From assembly GCA_019162745.1 (NCBI GenBank), contig JAFLLC010000069.1, forward strand, positions 3,002-67,001: a stretch of 64,000 nt of DNA, read 5' to 3'. Positions 11,474-22,965 of this stretch are shown here, in pieces. This DNA comes from Deltaproteobacteria bacterium (GTDB taxonomy: Bacteria > Desulfobacterota > Desulfuromonadia > Geobacterales > Pseudopelobacteraceae). The first letter of the stretch is position 1, and the number at the start of each line of letters is the position of its first letter. The position numbers and the translations under genes are program-made. The notes beneath the pieces are model-generated. The model was not told the origin of the DNA, made no database searches, and worked only from the letters and a program-made list of their open reading frames with translations.

Positions 11474-13702
11474 ATGAGCACACCCATAAGCAAGAAAATG
11501 CTGATCAATGTCATGCACCCCGAGGAGACTCGTGTAGCTATCGTCCACGACGGTCGCTTGATGGAGCTGAACATCGAAATCAGCGGCAAAGAGCAGATCA
11601 AAGGCAACATTTACAAAGGCATCGTCCTCCGTGTCGAACCTGGTCTTCAGGCAGCTTTCGTCGATATCGGCCGGGCCAAACCAGGATTCCTCCAGATTGG
11701 CGAGCTGCACCCTGATTACTATAAATGGCGCGATGATCTCCCCGAAGAACAACGCAAACGCTTTCCTCGTATCCAGGAGGTACTCCACCGCGGACAGGAA
11801 CTGCTGGTGCAGGTTGAAAAAGACGAACGGGACAATAAGGGCTCCGCCCTGACAACCTATATCTCCCTGCCGGGGCGATATATGGTGATGATGCCTGGCA
11901 GCGATTCAGCCGGTATATCCCGCAAGGTTGAGCAGGAGGGAGCACGTAAAAAGCTGAAGGAAATCGTCGCCGGTATGGATATACCTGAGGGTACCGGATA
12001 TATCATGCGTACCGAAGCGGTTGGACGTTCCCCGGAAGAGCTGCAGAAAGATTTCACCAGCCTGACTGAACTTTATGAATCTATCAGGCGGGGGGCTGCC
12101 GAAATCAAAGGCGTCGGCGAGATTTATCGCGACAGTGGCCTGATCATTCGTACCATACGTGATTATTTTTCTGACGATGTTGATGAAGTTCTTGTGGACA
12201 GCAAGGATGCCTACCGTGAAGCCAAAGAGTTTTTCCGCGACACTATGCCCGACTGTGAAAAGCGGGTTAAACTGCACAAGGAAAAACGGCCGATCTTTTC
12301 CCGCTTCCAGCTGGAAGAACAGATTGATCAGATCTACGAAAAGCGGGTTGCCCTGCCATCCGGAGGCTCACTGATCATTGAGCCGACCGAAGCGCTGGTC
12401 TCGATCGACGTCAACTCGGGTAAATCAAGCGGAGAACGGGGCATCGAAGACACCGCTTTCAAGACCAATATGGAGGCTGTCGAAGAGGTTGCCAGACAGC
12501 TGCGACTGCGGGATCTTGGCGGTCTGATTGTTATCGACCTCATCGACATGCGTGAAAACAAGCATAACAGCGAAGTTGAAAAAGCGCTTAAAAACGCTCT
12601 CAAAATGGATAAGGCACGGGTCAATGTCGGCCGCATTTCACAGTTCGGTATCATGGAAATGTCGCGCCAGCGGATTGCCAAAACCCTGAATGATGCCATC
12701 TACCTCGAATGTCCACACTGCGAGGGGCGCGGCAAAGTCAAATCTGTTGAAGCGATGGCGGTATCTTTCCTACGCAAGGTTCACGCTGCCGCCGCCAAGG
12801 GAACCGTTGCAGAAGTGCTCGGGGGGCTGCCGCTGGAAGTGGCGTACTACCTGCTCAACCGTAAAAAACGTGAGCTGGCCCAGATTGAAAACGATTACGA
12901 AATTGAAGTAACCGTCAAAGGCAAAACGTCCTTCCTGCTTAATCAGCTGGAGCTTGAAACCGTGAAACGCGAGAAACCTCACCTTGACGATGTCCTGAAG
13001 AGCGAGGCTGAAGCGGAAGAAGCCCATAAAACTATCGTCCCAAGCTCTCCTCATCCACAGATCACTGTGGATGAGGAGCAAAAAGGCGAAGCTGTCGGCT
13101 CTGCAGATGGGGTCAAAAAACGGAAACGGCGTAAAAAGAAGAAAAAGGCTGCCGGTGACATCCATCCGGATGCGACTGCGCTTGACCAGATCCCAGCAGA
13201 GGCTGATTATGGTGACAGTTCCCAGGCTGAAGACGCCACTGAGGCCATCGAAGCCACCGCTGCTGAATCCGGCGATACTGCAGCGGATGAATCCGCGAAG
13301 CCAAAGAAACGGAAGCGCCGGCGCAGCCGCAGTAAAACACCTAAGGATCAGGAGCATACTCCAGAGGAAGCACCTTTAGAGACAGCTGCTGAACCTGCTG
13401 TAGCTGAAATTTCTATTCCTGACACGACAACGCCTGAAGTGACCGCAGCTAAAGCTAAACCGAAACGCGCCCGCACTCCACGCAAGAAAAAACCGGAAGC
13501 CTCTGTCGAAATGCCTGTCGCCTCTGAACCGGCTGTTGAAATTGAGGCAACTCCAGAGACTCCTCCGACGCAAAAGAAACCGCGGCGAGCAGCGCCAAAA
13601 AAGGATAAGGGGTTTGCTGTCACAGCACCGGAACCTGCGGCCGCACCAGCCAAACCAGCCGCACGACCAAGGCGCAAGAAAAAAGTTGAAGAAGCCCCGT
13701 AG
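11474..13702 (+). CDS. rne: Ribonuclease E/G family endoribonuclease with long disordered basic/Pro-Ala-rich C-terminal tail
   Basis: 742 aa. S1 domain at the N-terminus (KMLINVMHPEETRVAIV..GNIYKGIVLRVEPGLQAAFVDIG). Catalytic core ALVSIDVNSGK and GGLIVIDLIDM. Zn-link CPHCEGRG. The tail from about aa 510 is low-complexity (KKRKRRKKKKK, KPKKRKRRRSRSK, PA/PE repeats). Confidence 0.9.
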   Translation: MSTPISKKMLINVMHPEETRVAIVHDGRLMELNIEISGKEQIKGNIYKGIVLRVEPGLQAAFVDIGRAKPGFLQIGELHPDYYKWRDDLPEEQRKRFPRIQEVLHRGQELLVQVEKDERDNKGSALTTYISLPGRYMVMMPGSDSAGISRKVEQEGARKKLKEIVAGMDIPEGTGYIMRTEAVGRSPEELQKDFTSLTELYESIRRGAAEIKGVGEIYRDSGLIIRTIRDYFSDDVDEVLVDSKDAYREAKEFFRDTMPDCEKRVKLHKEKRPIFSRFQLEEQIDQIYEKRVALPSGGSLIIEPTEALVSIDVNSGKSSGERGIEDTAFKTNMEAVEEVARQLRLRDLGGLIVIDLIDMRENKHNSEVEKALKNALKMDKARVNVGRISQFGIMEMSRQRIAKTLNDAIYLECPHCEGRGKVKSVEAMAVSFLRKVHAAAAKGTVAEVLGGLPLEVAYYLLNRKKRELAQIENDYEIEVTVKGKTSFLLNQLELETVKREKPHLDDVLKSEAEAEEAHKTIVPSSPHPQITVDEEQKGEAVGSADGVKKRKRRKKKKKAAGDIHPDATALDQIPAEADYGDSSQAEDATEAIEATAAESGDTAADESAKPKKRKRRRSRSKTPKDQEHTPEEAPLETAAEPAVAEISIPDTTTPEVTAAKAKPKRARTPRKKKPEASVEMPVASEPAVEIEATPETPPTQKKPRRAAPKKDKGFAVTAPEPAAAPAKPAARPRRKKKVEEAP

Positions 13703-13740
13703 GACTCGTCCATAAATTTATAAAATGCCCGGAGAATTAC

Positions 13741-14916
13741 ATGCAGAAATACGTACAATACATAGCCGTTCTTTTCATTGCTGCCTCCATTGCCGCTTGC
13801 GGCAGCAGCGGGACAACTACTACGGCAGTTCCAATCTACGACTCACCGGCAGCCCTTGCTCCTCCAAACACACAAATGGGAGGAGCAGTTCAAAAAACGC
13901 CACTGGATCTTAACAACACGGTATCGACTCTGGCAGGGAGTCCAGAAATCTCTATTTTGACCGATGGCAGCGGTACCGCTGCCCGATTTAACCACCCTAC
14001 CGACATCACCACAGACGGCACCAATTTTTATGTTGCAGACTATGCAAATTATGCCATCCGTAAAATAACTAAATTAGGAGAGGTTACAACCCTGCAATGC
14101 ACAGATGCTGATACCGGCATCAGTACAGGTTTCAATCTACCATTTAGTCTCACAGTAAAAGCAGACGGGGCACAGCTTTACGTCGTAGATGCCGGTTCCA
14201 ATACAATTAGAATTATTGATATTGATACCGTTAACAACACTAATAAAGTCACTACAATCGGCAGCACGGAAGGCCTGTCCGGATCGGTTGATTCTGCTGT
14301 CAAAACCGATGTGCGTTTCAATCGCCCAACAGGCATAACCACGGACGGCGATAATCTTTACGTGACGGATTCCGGTAACGACACCATTCGCCGGATTGAT
14401 CTCAAAAACAACTATACTGTTTCTACTCTGGCAGGCACGGCAGGTATTATTGGTTCAACCGACGGCGGCCCAAAAGTAGCGCTCTTTAATCTGCCACAGC
14501 GTATTACCACCGACAGGATCAGCCTCTATGTAACCGATTTCAATAACCGAACCATCCGCAAGGTCGATATACTGACAGGAGAGGTTTCCACAATAGCCGG
14601 TAAATCAGGCCCACTCGAGGCTGCGACTGATGGGATCGGATCAGAGGCACGCTTCTACCAACCTAACGGCATTACCACGGATGGTACCTATCTTTATGTG
14701 ACAGACTCATACCTGAATACCGTCCGCAGGATAGATAAAATATCACCATACAATGTCACAACCATATCCATACCTGACGATAGCCTCCATACTCCGCTTG
14801 GAATCACCACTGACGGGTTCAGCCTCTTCATCGCGGATACGTATACTGTAACCAGAGATCCCAAAACAATGATAGATACTTATACTTACAGTAACAGCAT
14901 CATCAAGATAGATTAA
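13741..14916 (+). CDS. NHL-repeat (six-bladed beta-propeller) lipoprotein
   Basis: Lipobox SIAACGSS. Six recurrences of the pattern FN.P.GITTDG..LYV.D..N..IR.I, for example FNRPTGITTDGDNLYVTDSGNDTIRRI. Confidence 0.8.
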   Translation: MQKYVQYIAVLFIAASIAACGSSGTTTTAVPIYDSPAALAPPNTQMGGAVQKTPLDLNNTVSTLAGSPEISILTDGSGTAARFNHPTDITTDGTNFYVADYANYAIRKITKLGEVTTLQCTDADTGISTGFNLPFSLTVKADGAQLYVVDAGSNTIRIIDIDTVNNTNKVTTIGSTEGLSGSVDSAVKTDVRFNRPTGITTDGDNLYVTDSGNDTIRRIDLKNNYTVSTLAGTAGIIGSTDGGPKVALFNLPQRITTDRISLYVTDFNNRTIRKVDILTGEVSTIAGKSGPLEAATDGIGSEARFYQPNGITTDGTYLYVTDSYLNTVRRIDKISPYNVTTISIPDDSLHTPLGITTDGFSLFIADTYTVTRDPKTMIDTYTYSNSIIKID

Positions 14917-14933
14917 ATGGACAGATTGCATCC

Positions 14934-14974
14934 GGGGTCACACCGTCTACTCCACTTGTGAGGCCCCTTTTTTC
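14934..14974 (+). terminator. Rho-independent terminator after the NHL gene
   Basis: GGGGTCACA..TGTGAGGCCCC stem (one 2-nt bulge) followed by TTTTTTC. Confidence 0.6.
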
Positions 14975-15056
14975 TTGACGTACCCGGACGTTGAAGATAT
15001 TTTTATCAGCTTGATTACCCGGAAATACAATTGTTGTGAAAGGTTGAATCGCCACC

Positions 15057-16535
15057 ATGGAAGAACTCAGTGAACTCCTGCTCCAAAGGCGCCGTAAAGT
15101 GGACGCGCTCTGGGAAGCTGGTATAAACCCATACCCCAATGACTTCAAGCCTCAGCATACTTCGACTGACATAGTCGCCACATACGGCAGCGTAGAACAA
15201 CTTGATGCCGCTGATGCCAGCATAACTGTTGCCGGTCGTATTCTGGCGCGTAGATCTTTCGGCAAGGCCGCTTTTATCCAACTTCAGGATCGCAAAGGGC
15301 GCATTCAGCTCTATGTCAAAAAAGATCAGATCGGCGAAGCAGCTTTTGCTGCATTTGATGCGTTCGACATCGGTGACATCATCGGAGCCGAAGGCTTTCC
15401 GTTCCGCACCAAGACCGGTGAACTTTCCCTGCATATCCGCTCCATCCGTCTGCTGGTCAAATCTCTGCACCCGCTCCCGGAAAAATTTCACGGCCTGACT
15501 GATGTAGAGACCCGCTACCGCCAACGCTACGTTGACCTGATCGTAAATCCAGAAGCTCGTGAAATATTTATCAAGCGCTCCCGCATTGTCAACCTGATCC
15601 GCAGCTTCATGACAGAGCGTGATTTTCTCGAAGTTGAAACACCAATGATGCATCAGATACCGGGTGGAGCAACGGCACGCCCGTTTATTACCCATCACAA
15701 CACCCTCGACATGGAACTATATCTCCGCGTGGCGCCGGAACTGTACCTGAAACGCCTGGTTGTCGGCGGCCTGGAGCGGGTATTCGAGATCAATCGCAAC
15801 TTCCGCAACGAAGGTATTTCGGTGCGCCACAACCCGGAATTCACCATGATGGAATTCTATCAGGCCTATGCGACATATGAGGATCTGATGGATTTCACCG
15901 AAGAGCTTTTCTGCCACATCGCCCAGGAAGTCCTCGGCACCCTCGATTTTACCAACCAGGGGATTGACATCAGCTTTGAACGCCCCTGGAAGCGACTGAC
16001 GGTCCGGGATGCAATTCTGGAGTATGGTGATTTAGAGGCCAGGCAGCTGGATGATTATGATCTGGCTCTGTCGTATGCTCGCAGTATCGGACTGTCACTG
16101 CCTGATGGAATCGGTTACGGCAAGCTCGTAATGGAGATCTTTGATGAGGTGGTCGAGCACAAACTGATCGCCCCGACTTTCATTACCGCCTACCCCACCG
16201 AAGTTTCACCTTTGTCGCGCAAGAACGACCATAATCCTGAAATAGTCGATCGTTTTGAGCTGATAATCGGTGGCCGGGAAATTGCCAATGCCTTTTCCGA
16301 ATTGAATGATCCGGTAGACCAGAAAGAGCGTTTTCTGGCCCAGGTTGCCGAAAAGGACAAGGGAGACGAAGAAGCACAATATATGGATGAAGATTATGTT
16401 CGCGCCCTCGAGTATGGCCTCCCCCCTACCGCAGGAGAGGGGATCGGCATAGATCGTCTGGTGATGCTGCTGACCGACTCCCCGTCGATCAGGGATGTAA
16501 TCCTGTTCCCGCAGCTGCGCAAGGAAGTCAAATAG
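15057..16535 (+). CDS. lysS: Lysyl-tRNA synthetase, class II
   Basis: 492 aa. OB-fold N-terminus and class II motifs (FLEVETPMMH, FRNEGISVRHNPEFTMMEFY, GEGIGIDRLVMLL). Confidence 0.95.
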   Translation: MEELSELLLQRRRKVDALWEAGINPYPNDFKPQHTSTDIVATYGSVEQLDAADASITVAGRILARRSFGKAAFIQLQDRKGRIQLYVKKDQIGEAAFAAFDAFDIGDIIGAEGFPFRTKTGELSLHIRSIRLLVKSLHPLPEKFHGLTDVETRYRQRYVDLIVNPEAREIFIKRSRIVNLIRSFMTERDFLEVETPMMHQIPGGATARPFITHHNTLDMELYLRVAPELYLKRLVVGGLERVFEINRNFRNEGISVRHNPEFTMMEFYQAYATYEDLMDFTEELFCHIAQEVLGTLDFTNQGIDISFERPWKRLTVRDAILEYGDLEARQLDDYDLALSYARSIGLSLPDGIGYGKLVMEIFDEVVEHKLIAPTFITAYPTEVSPLSRKNDHNPEIVDRFELIIGGREIANAFSELNDPVDQKERFLAQVAEKDKGDEEAQYMDEDYVRALEYGLPPTAGEGIGIDRLVMLLTDSPSIRDVILFPQLRKEVK

Positions 16536-16538
16536 CCG

Positions 16539-17801
16539 ATGCCATTTGAACTATTTATCGGCTTGCGTTATCTGAAAGCCAAACGCAAATCAACCTTCAT
16601 CTCGATTATCACGTTTATCTCCACCGCCGGGGTTGCACTGGGTGTCATGGCGCTGATCATAGTGCTGGCGGTCATGACCGGCTTTGAAAACGACCTGAAG
16701 GAAAAGATACTTGGTACGAATGCCCATATCATTGTCATCCGGACCGGCGCACCGATGGAGGAGTATCGATCGGTGATGGAAAAGCTGAAAGGATTTAAGG
16801 GGGTGCAGGCAGCAACACCATTTATCTATAACCAGGTCATGCTTTCATCCGGCAAGAATGTATCCGGAGTTGTACTGCGCGGAATAGATGTCACCAGCGA
16901 CCGGCAGGTCACCCGCCTCAGCAGTTCGGTTGTCGAGGGTAATATCGAAGGGCTTGATCCCAAAATGGGGCCGGGAGCAGACCCGACGCCCGGCTTGATG
17001 GTCGGCAAAGAGCTGGCCAAACATCTCAACCTGTTTCTCGGCGACAAGGTAAATGTCATCTCGCCGATGGGTAACATTACCCCGCTCGGCATGATGCCGC
17101 GCATGAAACCATTCAGGATTACCGGAATTTTCAACACCGGCATGTTCGAATATGACTCGACTCTGGCCTACGTCAGCCTCGGTCAGGCCCAGCGTTTTTT
17201 TGATCTCGGTGATACCGTCACCGGCATACAGCTGAAAGTTGAGGATGTCTATCATACTGATGAACTGGCCCGTATTATCAATCATGAAATGGGAGTAGAC
17301 TACTACGCGCGTGACTGGATGCAGATGAACAAGAACATCCTCTTTGCGCTGAAGACTGAAAAGGTCGTCATGTTCATTATCCTGACCCTGATCGTGCTGG
17401 TCGCTGCCTTTGGTATCGCATCAACACTCTTTATGGTTGTAATGGAGAAGACCAGAGACATCGCCATTCTTAAATCGATGGGTGCCACCGCGACCAGCAT
17501 CATGAAGATTTTCGTGCTTGAGGGGTTGATTATCGGCGTCATCGGCACGCTCATTGGAGTTGCTTCCGGTCTGTTGATCGCACTCAACCTGGAACCTGTC
17601 ATCAGCGTTATTCAGAAAGTCACCGGACAGAATTTTTTCAGCAAGGAAATTTACTACCTTGATCACTTCCCTTCGCTGGTAGTCCCATCTGATGTGGTGC
17701 TTATTTCAGTCACGGCCGTACTGATATCCTTTCTGGCCACTCTCTATCCGGCATGGCAGGCTTCAAGGATGCTGCCTGCAGAGGCGCTGCGTTATGAATA
17801 A
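16539..17801 (+). CDS. Lipoprotein-releasing ABC transporter permease (LolC/LolE family)
   Basis: 420 aa. [17 protein letters not shown].. start, large periplasmic loop and a C-terminal FtsX-like 3-TM domain. Followed by lolD. Confidence 0.9.
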   Translation: MPFELFIGLRYLKAKRKSTFISIITFISTAGVALGVMALIIVLAVMTGFENDLKEKILGTNAHIIVIRTGAPMEEYRSVMEKLKGFKGVQAATPFIYNQVMLSSGKNVSGVVLRGIDVTSDRQVTRLSSSVVEGNIEGLDPKMGPGADPTPGLMVGKELAKHLNLFLGDKVNVISPMGNITPLGMMPRMKPFRITGIFNTGMFEYDSTLAYVSLGQAQRFFDLGDTVTGIQLKVEDVYHTDELARIINHEMGVDYYARDWMQMNKNILFALKTEKVVMFIILTLIVLVAAFGIASTLFMVVMEKTRDIAILKSMGATATSIMKIFVLEGLIIGVIGTLIGVASGLLIALNLEPVISVIQKVTGQNFFSKEIYYLDHFPSLVVPSDVVLISVTAVLISFLATLYPAWQASRMLPAEALRYE

Positions 17802-18474
17802 TCTGCTTGAATTACGCGGCCTCTCTAAAACCTACGACACCGGCACGAGCCAGCTCGAAGTTCTCAGGGGGATTGACCTTGACCTGCTGGCCGGCACGAC
17901 AACGGCACTGGTTGGCGCATCCGGTGCCGGCAAAAGCACCCTGCTGCACCTGCTGGGGGCGCTTGACCGCCCGAGCTCCGGGACGGTCTGCTTTCGCGGA
18001 GAAAACATCTTTGACAAGAATGATCGCCAACTGGCAGCATTCAGAAACAAAAGTATCGGCTTTGTATTTCAATTCCATCACCTGCTACCGGAATTCACGG
18101 CGCTTGAAAACGTAATGATGCCGGCTTTGATCGGCAGAATCCCCCGACCTGAAGCGCGTAAAGCGGCAGAATCGCTGCTGGAGGATGTCGGCCTCGGGCA
18201 GCGCATGACACATCGGCCGGGGGAGCTATCCGGCGGTGAACAGCAACGGGTGGCCATTGCCAGGGCGCTTGCACTTGGACCTGAACTTTTGCTGGCTGAT
18301 GAACCGACCGGCAATCTTGACATGAAAACCAGCGACGGCATACATGCCATGCTGACGGAACTGCAGGTAAAAAAAGGGTTAACGCTGGTAATCGTTACGC
18401 ACAACGAACGCCTGGCAGCCGCTATGGGAACCACCATTCACCTGCTTGACGGCAGAGTGGAAAAAACTACATGA
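17794..18474 (+). CDS. lolD: Lipoprotein-releasing system ATP-binding protein
   Basis: Walker [10 protein letters not shown], signature [15 protein letters not shown], Walker [13 protein letters not shown]. 8-nt overlap with the permease gene. Confidence 0.9.
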   Translation: MNNLLELRGLSKTYDTGTSQLEVLRGIDLDLLAGTTTALVGASGAGKSTLLHLLGALDRPSSGTVCFRGENIFDKNDRQLAAFRNKSIGFVFQFHHLLPEFTALENVMMPALIGRIPRPEARKAAESLLEDVGLGQRMTHRPGELSGGEQQRVAIARALALGPELLLADEPTGNLDMKTSDGIHAMLTELQVKKGLTLVIVTHNERLAAAMGTTIHLLDGRVEKTT

Positions 18475-20795
18475 TATCCGGGGGAAGCGTGCCCAGTTAC
18501 AAAAAAATTGTTTCAGCCATACTGTTAACATTGATCAGCGGCTCGACGTTCGCCTACGCTGAAGGCGAGAAACTGGTGGAAATAAGGGTTCAGGGGAATC
18601 GGCGCATTGAGGCGGCGGTAATTCTTAACGTCATCAAGACCCACGCCGGGGACACCCTCAACAGCGACAAAACTGATGCAGACATAAAGGCGATCTACAA
18701 ACTGGGCCATTTTCAGGATGTCCAGGTTTTAAAAGAAGAGTCTGACAAAGGGGTCGTACTGGTCTACTCCGTACAGGAAAAGGCGATTGTCCGTGAGATC
18801 CAGTTTGAGGGTAATAAGGAGATTACAACAGAGAAACTGAAAGAAGCGCTTGAGTTGCGGCAGAATTCCGCTTTTTCAGCAAAAGAGCTGGACAGCAGCG
18901 TAGCCAAGATCAAAAAGATGTACGGCGACGAAGGATATTATCTGGCAGATGTACAAACTCAGATAAAGAAGAACTTGCCAGGCGATCTGACGGTAACAGT
19001 TAAAATTATTGAAGGGGATAAAATCCTTATAAAAGAGATTCAACTTGACGGCAACAAAGCGTTCAGCGACCGCAAACTCAAGGGAGTCATGGAGACCAAG
19101 GAGAAATGGTTCATGTCCTGGCTGACCGGCGCCGGCACCTATAAGGAAGAGGTTCTCAAAAATGATGCCCTGTTGATTTCCGACCATTACCTGAATAACG
19201 GCTACATCAATGTCAAGGTCGGCGAGCCGGACGTAAAACTGAATGAGACCAAAACCGCGCTGGATGTTTCAATCGGCATTACCGAAGGGGAACAATACCG
19301 GATCGGCGCAATCGGCTTCAAGGGAGATCTGCTTGATCCAGTCGCTGATCTTCAGAAAAAGCTGAAGAGCGAACCTGGCGAAATCTTTAACCGTTCCATC
19401 CTGCGGGGCGACATCGGCGTTCTCACCGATCTGTACGGCGACAAGGGGTATGCCTTTGCAACGGTCAACCCTCAGACCCGCCTTGACAATGAAAAGAAAA
19501 CCGTGGATATGACCTTTGACATCGAAAAAGGCGAGCTGGTGTCACTCGAGCGGATCAATATAACCGGCAATCCAAAAACGCGCGACAAGGTTGTCCGCCG
19601 TGAAATGCGCGTTACTGAGACAGGGCTGTACAGTGCCACTGGCCTGAAGCGGAGCAAGCAGAACCTGATGAACCTCGGTTTCTTCGAGGTGGCAAACATC
19701 GCTACCGCTAAAGGGAGCGCGAGCAATAAACTGGATGTGAATGTCGACGTCAAAGAGAAACCGACCGGCACCTTCAGCATCGGTGGCGGCTACAGTTCTC
19801 TGGACGGCATTATCGGTCAAGGTTCCATCCAGCAGGCCAACTTCCTCGGTTTGGGTCTGAAGGCCAACCTTTCCGCTTCTATCGGCGGATCATCACAAAC
19901 TTACGCTCTGGGGCTTACTGACCCGTACTTTATGGACACAAAATGGACGCTGGGGGGTGACCTTTACCGTTCCGAGCGCGATTACACCGACTATATCAGG
20001 CGCCTCACCGGCGGAGACATTAAAGCGGGGTATCCGATAAGCGATACTGTCGGCACTTTTTTGATGTATAAGTATGAAATCAAGGATATTTTCACTCCGA
20101 GCGCCGCATATCTGACACTCCATGATACGGTGGGCAACGACACCTATCCGCTCGGTGAGACAACCACCAGTTCCGTATACAGCAGCATCACTCACAACAA
20201 CACCGACTACCGGATGGACCCGTCGACCGGCCTGATCAACACTTTTTCCGTCGAGTACGCCGGCCTGGGTGGCGATAATAAATTTGCCCGCGCTATCACT
20301 GATCACACCTACTTCCATCCGCTCTACAAAAGGTTGATCGCCTCAACTAAATTGACGTTGGGTTATATCGGGGAAGTCGGACAAACAGTTCCGATCGATG
20401 AAAAGTTTTATCTGGGCGGCATCTACTCCCTGCGTGGCTATAAGTCCCGTTCGGTCTCCCCCACAAATACCCTGCTTGTAAAAGACAATTACGGCAACCA
20501 GATAAACCAGGAACTATTCCTCGGCGGCAGCAAGGAAGTCTTCGGCAATGCGGAACTCACCTTCCCGCTCCTCCCCGAAGCTGGCCTCAAAGGAGTCGTG
20601 TTTTTTGACTACGGCAATTCTTTTAACGACAATTCAGCCGTATTCAATGACATGCTGATGAGCTATGGCGGCGGGATTCGCTGGGCTTCCCCCATCGGCC
20701 CGCTCCGCCTGGAATACGGCATACCGATTAATCCGCGAAAAGAGCTCGACAGTACGAGCGGCCGACTCGAGTTTTCTATCGGCACCATGTTTTAA
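18471..20795 (+). CDS. bamA: Outer membrane protein assembly factor BamA (POTRA repeats plus beta-barrel)
   Basis: 774 aa. Signal peptide, repeated POTRA-like units (I..I.FEGN..), C-terminal barrel ending ..[10 protein letters not shown] (terminal aromatic residue). Confidence 0.93.
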   Translation: MISGGSVPSYKKIVSAILLTLISGSTFAYAEGEKLVEIRVQGNRRIEAAVILNVIKTHAGDTLNSDKTDADIKAIYKLGHFQDVQVLKEESDKGVVLVYSVQEKAIVREIQFEGNKEITTEKLKEALELRQNSAFSAKELDSSVAKIKKMYGDEGYYLADVQTQIKKNLPGDLTVTVKIIEGDKILIKEIQLDGNKAFSDRKLKGVMETKEKWFMSWLTGAGTYKEEVLKNDALLISDHYLNNGYINVKVGEPDVKLNETKTALDVSIGITEGEQYRIGAIGFKGDLLDPVADLQKKLKSEPGEIFNRSILRGDIGVLTDLYGDKGYAFATVNPQTRLDNEKKTVDMTFDIEKGELVSLERINITGNPKTRDKVVRREMRVTETGLYSATGLKRSKQNLMNLGFFEVANIATAKGSASNKLDVNVDVKEKPTGTFSIGGGYSSLDGIIGQGSIQQANFLGLGLKANLSASIGGSSQTYALGLTDPYFMDTKWTLGGDLYRSERDYTDYIRRLTGGDIKAGYPISDTVGTFLMYKYEIKDIFTPSAAYLTLHDTVGNDTYPLGETTTSSVYSSITHNNTDYRMDPSTGLINTFSVEYAGLGGDNKFARAITDHTYFHPLYKRLIASTKLTLGYIGEVGQTVPIDEKFYLGGIYSLRGYKSRSVSPTNTLLVKDNYGNQINQELFLGGSKEVFGNAELTFPLLPEAGLKGVVFFDYGNSFNDNSAVFNDMLMSYGGGIRWASPIGPLRLEYGIPINPRKELDSTSGRLEFSIGTMF

Positions 20796-20898
20796 GCAAC
20801 CCCTCTAATCATCCCCCTGACAAGGAGAGATTGAGAGGTGTTAGATTTTTACCCATTTCTAAGGGCATGATCGCCCACAATATGTAAAGGAGATATTC

Positions 20899-21414
20899 AT
20901 GAAACGCATTATTCTGGCAGGTATCGTAGCGGCGTGCATTGCGTCAACATCTGTTTTTGCTGCTGACCTTAAACTCGGCTATATCGACATGCAGCGTGCG
21001 CTGAACGGTTCCGAGGCGGGGAAAGAAGCCAAGGAACAGCTGGCCACCAAGGTCAAAAAGTATCAGGACGAGATCAACGTAAAACAGGAAGAGCTCAAAA
21101 AGTTGAAAGATGAACTCGAAAAACAAGGAAAGGTCCTTTCCGATGCCGCCCGTACCTCCAAAGAGAAGGAATATCAGAACAAGCTGAAGGATTTCCAACG
21201 CTTCACCAAGGATGCTCAGGATGAACTACAGGGGAAGGATGAAGAACTGACCCGTAAAATTCTGGAAGGAATGGAAAAGGTCATTCAGGATTTTGGGCGC
21301 AAAAAAGGGTACACTTTCATCTTTGTGAAAAACGAGAGCATGTTGTTCGTTGATGAAAAGGCCGATCTGACTGAAGAAGTGCTGCAACTGTTCAATTCCA
21401 GCAGAAAGAAGTAA
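20899..21414 (+). CDS. skp: OmpH/Skp family periplasmic chaperone
   Basis: 171 aa. Signal peptide, Lys/Glu-rich coiled coil, conserved position between bamA and lpxD. Confidence 0.85.
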   Translation: MKRIILAGIVAACIASTSVFAADLKLGYIDMQRALNGSEAGKEAKEQLATKVKKYQDEINVKQEELKKLKDELEKQGKVLSDAARTSKEKEYQNKLKDFQRFTKDAQDELQGKDEELTRKILEGMEKVIQDFGRKKGYTFIFVKNESMLFVDEKADLTEEVLQLFNSSRKK

Positions 21415-21418
21415 CACT

Positions 21419-22471
21419 ATGACACAGGCACAAACAGTGGCAGAGCTTGCTGACTACCTTGGAGGCGTTGTAGTGGGCAACGGGTCTGTACTGATTTCCG
21501 GACTGGGGCCCCTCGAGACCGCCGGTCCGGAAGCAGTGACATTTCTCGCTAACCCAAAATATGCTTCCAAAGTCGCAGAAACATCCGCCGGAGCTGTTCT
21601 TATGGCACCAGGCGGTGAACGATATGGCCGCACCGCCATTGAAGTCGCCAATCCGTATCTCTGTTTTGCCAAGCTGCTGACGCTGTTCTACTCGGTGCCT
21701 TACCAGCCGACAGGTGTGCTTCCGGCATCCATCGTCAGCGATACGGCAACCATTGGTGATGGAGCCAGTATTTATCCGGGAGCCTGCATCGGCAGGAATG
21801 TTGTCGTTGGCTGCCGCACAACCGTACATTCCGGGGCGGTGCTCTACGATAACGTCATCATCGGCGACGACTGCACCATTCACGCCAACGCCGTTGTCCG
21901 TGAACGCTGCCGGGTCGGTAACCGCTGCATCATTCAACCGGGGGCCGTGATCGGTTCTGACGGCTTCGGCTACGCACCCGATGGAAACGGCTACTACCGC
22001 ATACCGCAGATTGGCATTGTCGTTTTGGAGGATGATGTCGAAATCGGGGCTAACAGCTGTGTTGACAGGGCCGCTATCGAAGTCACAAAGATCAGCCGCG
22101 GCACAAAGCTGGACAACCTGGTACAGATAGCCCACAACTGCCAGATCGGTGAAGACTGCATGATCGTGTCTCAAGCGGGCGTAGCGGGCAGTTCTAAAAT
22201 CGGCAACCATGTCACGCTGGCCGGTCAGGTCGGCGTTGTCGGTCATATCACCATCGGTGACAATGTTCTGGTCGGCGGGCAATCAGGTGTCACAAGTTCG
22301 CTGCCGGCTAACGCTGTCTATAGTGGAAGTCCAGCCATACCACACAAGGAATGGCTGAGATATTCAATGGTTATGCCCCGTTTGCCGGAACTGAAGAAAA
22401 CAGTTAAGGCTCTTGAGAAGCGGGTCGCAGAGCTTGAAGCAAAATTAAGCAAGAATAGTCAGGAGAGTTAA
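21419..22471 (+). CDS. lpxD: UDP-3-O-acylglucosamine N-acyltransferase
   Basis: 350 aa. Left-handed beta-helix hexapeptide repeats, C-terminal coiled coil, skp-lpxD-fabZ-lpxA synteny. Confidence 0.93.
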   Translation: MTQAQTVAELADYLGGVVVGNGSVLISGLGPLETAGPEAVTFLANPKYASKVAETSAGAVLMAPGGERYGRTAIEVANPYLCFAKLLTLFYSVPYQPTGVLPASIVSDTATIGDGASIYPGACIGRNVVVGCRTTVHSGAVLYDNVIIGDDCTIHANAVVRERCRVGNRCIIQPGAVIGSDGFGYAPDGNGYYRIPQIGIVVLEDDVEIGANSCVDRAAIEVTKISRGTKLDNLVQIAHNCQIGEDCMIVSQAGVAGSSKIGNHVTLAGQVGVVGHITIGDNVLVGGQSGVTSSLPANAVYSGSPAIPHKEWLRYSMVMPRLPELKKTVKALEKRVAELEAKLSKNSQES

Positions 22472-22472
22472 T

Positions 22473-22919
22473 ATGCATTTGGATATCAACGAAATCATGA
22501 GAATCCTGCCGCATCGTTACCCATTTCTGATGGTTGACCGGATTATTGAAGGGGAACATGGAAAACGCTGCGTCGGGATAAAAAATGTCACTGTCAACGA
22601 GCCGTTTTTCCAAGGACATTTTCCCGGACACCCGGTAATGCCGGGGGTGCTGATCATCGAAGCAATGGCCCAGGTGGCCGGCATCATGGCTTACCTGGCT
22701 TCAGACGAAGCGGTCCGCGCCAAGGTCACCTACTTTATGGCCATCGACAATGCCCGCTTTCGCAAGCCGGTCTCTCCCGGAGATCAGCTGCGTATTGAGG
22801 TCACGACGACGATGAACCGGCGAGGAATCTGGGGAGTAGCCGGCAAGGCATTTGTTGGCGATGTTCTGGTAACCGAGGCCGATCTTAAAGCAACGTTTGC
22901 GGATGCACCTAAGCCCTAA
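22473..22919 (+). CDS. fabZ: 3-hydroxyacyl-ACP dehydratase
   Basis: 148 aa. [13 protein letters not shown] and [23 protein letters not shown] motifs. Confidence 0.95.
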   Translation: MHLDINEIMRILPHRYPFLMVDRIIEGEHGKRCVGIKNVTVNEPFFQGHFPGHPVMPGVLIIEAMAQVAGIMAYLASDEAVRAKVTYFMAIDNARFRKPVSPGDQLRIEVTTTMNRRGIWGVAGKAFVGDVLVTEADLKATFADAPKP

Positions 22920-22965
22920 AACTGGATCCCTCATGTCCATGAGGGGGACTTACTGGAGAGACATC

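Noticed and set aside
21392-22282. 296-aa minus-strand ORF
   Set aside because: It is antisense to lpxD. Hexapeptide-repeat genes commonly leave open antisense frames, and the translation is Asp/Ala/Val-rich nonsense.
22897-22965. N-terminal extensions of lpxA (22897), lpxB (23682), tcdA (40925), rpmE (43356), rlmI (to 62130), the ybgF-like gene (to 9178), the SHOCT lipoprotein (to 56888) and ycaR (30180) suggested by the ORF track
   Set aside because: The extensions overlap upstream genes or intergenic repeats and lack RBSs. Internal Met codons give canonical N-termini (signal peptides, conserved family starts) with Shine-Dalgarno sequences.
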